Made by a program: the position numbers and the translations under genes. Shown piece by piece: positions 46,959 through 48,023 of a DNA stretch of 48,023 nucleotides. The DNA is from an uncultured Candidatus Saccharibacteria bacterium. GTDB taxonomy: Bacteria > Patescibacteriota > Minisyncoccia > UBA6257 > 2-01-FULL-56-20. Positions within the stretch are counted from its first letter, which is position 1; the number at the start of each line of letters is the position of its first letter. Where the stretch lies: positions 19,080-67,102 of the forward strand of contig CAYHZA010000005.1 of assembly GCA_964361095.1 (NCBI GenBank), read 5' to 3'. A model generated the notes under the pieces. It saw nothing but the letters and a program-made list of their open reading frames with translations, did not search any database and had not been told where the DNA came from.

Positions 46959-47801
46959 ATGGTCGTCAACGATGATTTTGTAGTGATCCTGATTAAGCTT
47001 GATGCGCTGGAACGAGGGATAGAGTCAGAGATCCTCGAAGGCCTTGAAGGAGAAGGATTGAGCGTCAGCGAAGTCGGCACGATTCAATTCGACCTCGAAT
47101 TCGTAAAAAAATTTTATCAGTGGGCGGAGGTTAAGCATCTCAAAGAGATGGAGAAATATATGTGCGTGACGCCTTTGCCGGTTTTGATCGCGAAAGGCAT
47201 CAATGCCATCGGCAAAGCGATGTTCGTCAAGGAACAGTTGCGTGCCAAATACTCCAACAACCCACTGAAGAATCTTTTCCACTGTTCAAGTTCGCGAGAA
47301 GACGCACGACGGGAGTATGATTTGGTAATGGGAAGATATACGCCCGGAGAAGCAAAACAAGGAAGAACGCCCAATCAGGTTGAGGCCATCGTTTTCAAGG
47401 TACTTGAGAGCGGTGAGGTGCTTTTCCTGATGCTCAAGCGGATTCCGAATCGAGGTGGTTTTTGGCAGCCAGTAACAGGAAATGTAGAAAGAGGGGAATC
47501 CTTCGAAGCCGCAGCACTGCGCGAGGTTCGAGAGGAACTCGGAATCGAACGGGTGCTTGAGCTTATCGATACGGGTTACTCGTATAAATTCACTGACAAT
47601 AATCTCGATCAGTTCGAACGGGTGTTCGGCGTAAGGGTTCTGGATGGTACGCCAGTCAAGCTCTCTTCGGAACACACGGAATATCAATGGGTTTCGAAAG
47701 ATGACGCGCTGAACACTTACTTGAAGTATCCTGGGAATAAAGAAGGGCTAAGGCGGTTGGATGCGAAGGTCGCCGAGGCCGGAAAGCGAGGGATGCAGTG
47801 A
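46959..47801 (+). CDS. NDK-like domain fused to a NudB-like NUDIX hydrolase
   Basis: ILIKLDALERG and NLFHCS (NDK-like); GFWQPVTGNVERGESFEAAALREVREELG Nudix box. The ORF track start is TTG at 46914. Confidence 0.8.
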   Translation: MVVNDDFVVILIKLDALERGIESEILEGLEGEGLSVSEVGTIQFDLEFVKKFYQWAEVKHLKEMEKYMCVTPLPVLIAKGINAIGKAMFVKEQLRAKYSNNPLKNLFHCSSSREDARREYDLVMGRYTPGEAKQGRTPNQVEAIVFKVLESGEVLFLMLKRIPNRGGFWQPVTGNVERGESFEAAALREVREELGIERVLELIDTGYSYKFTDNNLDQFERVFGVRVLDGTPVKLSSEHTEYQWVSKDDALNTYLKYPGNKEGLRRLDAKVAEAGKRGMQ

Positions 47802-48023
47802 GCGTCTACAACGAACTTAGAGAATACTTCGAAAAAAATCTGTTAACCATTGACGGTCTCCGGGCATATCTTGGGATGTCATCCGTCGTTTCCGTGGTAC
47901 TCGACCGAGAACAGGTGTATGACCTTATGGTTCTTATGCCGGATGTCACGTTTGAGGGTGATTTCAAGACCCAGTTCGGCGAGTGTTTTATCATCAACGA
48001 CAAAGATCACTCGCCGCCGGTAT
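47798..48023 (+). CDS. Hypothetical protein, truncated by the window end
   Basis: GTGA overlap with the previous stop; frame open to the end (MSVYNELREYFEKNLL...). Confidence 0.6.
   Translation, partial: MSVYNELREYFEKNLLTIDGLRAYLGMSSVVSVVLDREQVYDLMVLMPDVTFEGDFKTQFGECFIINDKDHSPPV

Noticed and set aside
39131-48023. Prophage, integron or ICE
   Set aside because: No integrase, transposase, phage structural gene or clear attC site is visible.

Overview
Bacterial chromosome segment using the standard code (TGA is a stop). Gene content points to CPR/Patescibacteria, Parcubacteria-like (inference): a multi-pilin cluster, short DnaX, N-truncated RF1, GAD-less AspRS, a VirD4-like ATPase and many SD-less or near-leaderless genes. 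About 1-34 kb is mostly housekeeping: type IV pilins, dnaX, scpAB, DD-carboxypeptidase, mraY, proS, mreBCD-PBP2, galT, rplU, pgk, RNase HI, RNase P RNA, aspS, ndk, prfA. About 34-48 kb is accessory. The main finding is a twin RiPP locus at about 40.0-45.06 kb made of two modules with the same layout. Module 1 is an MvdC/D-like ATP-grasp ligase, a TPR gene and a graspetide-like precursor with a PFIANFLE leader motif. Module 2 is an RRE-radical SAM/SPASM enzyme, an HExxH gene and a 47-aa precursor ending in (CxPx)4 that is missing from the ORF track. Both unrelated precursors sit behind the same 74-bp promoter/RBS cassette (70/74 identical). A second theme is orphan gene-end stubs, differing mostly at synonymous sites, at proS, at both ends of a Cys-rich gene and around module 2. 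These often sit next to MITE- or REP-like hairpins, which also occur in frame inside genes and inside the RNase P RNA. All calls come from reading motifs by eye; no database searches were run.
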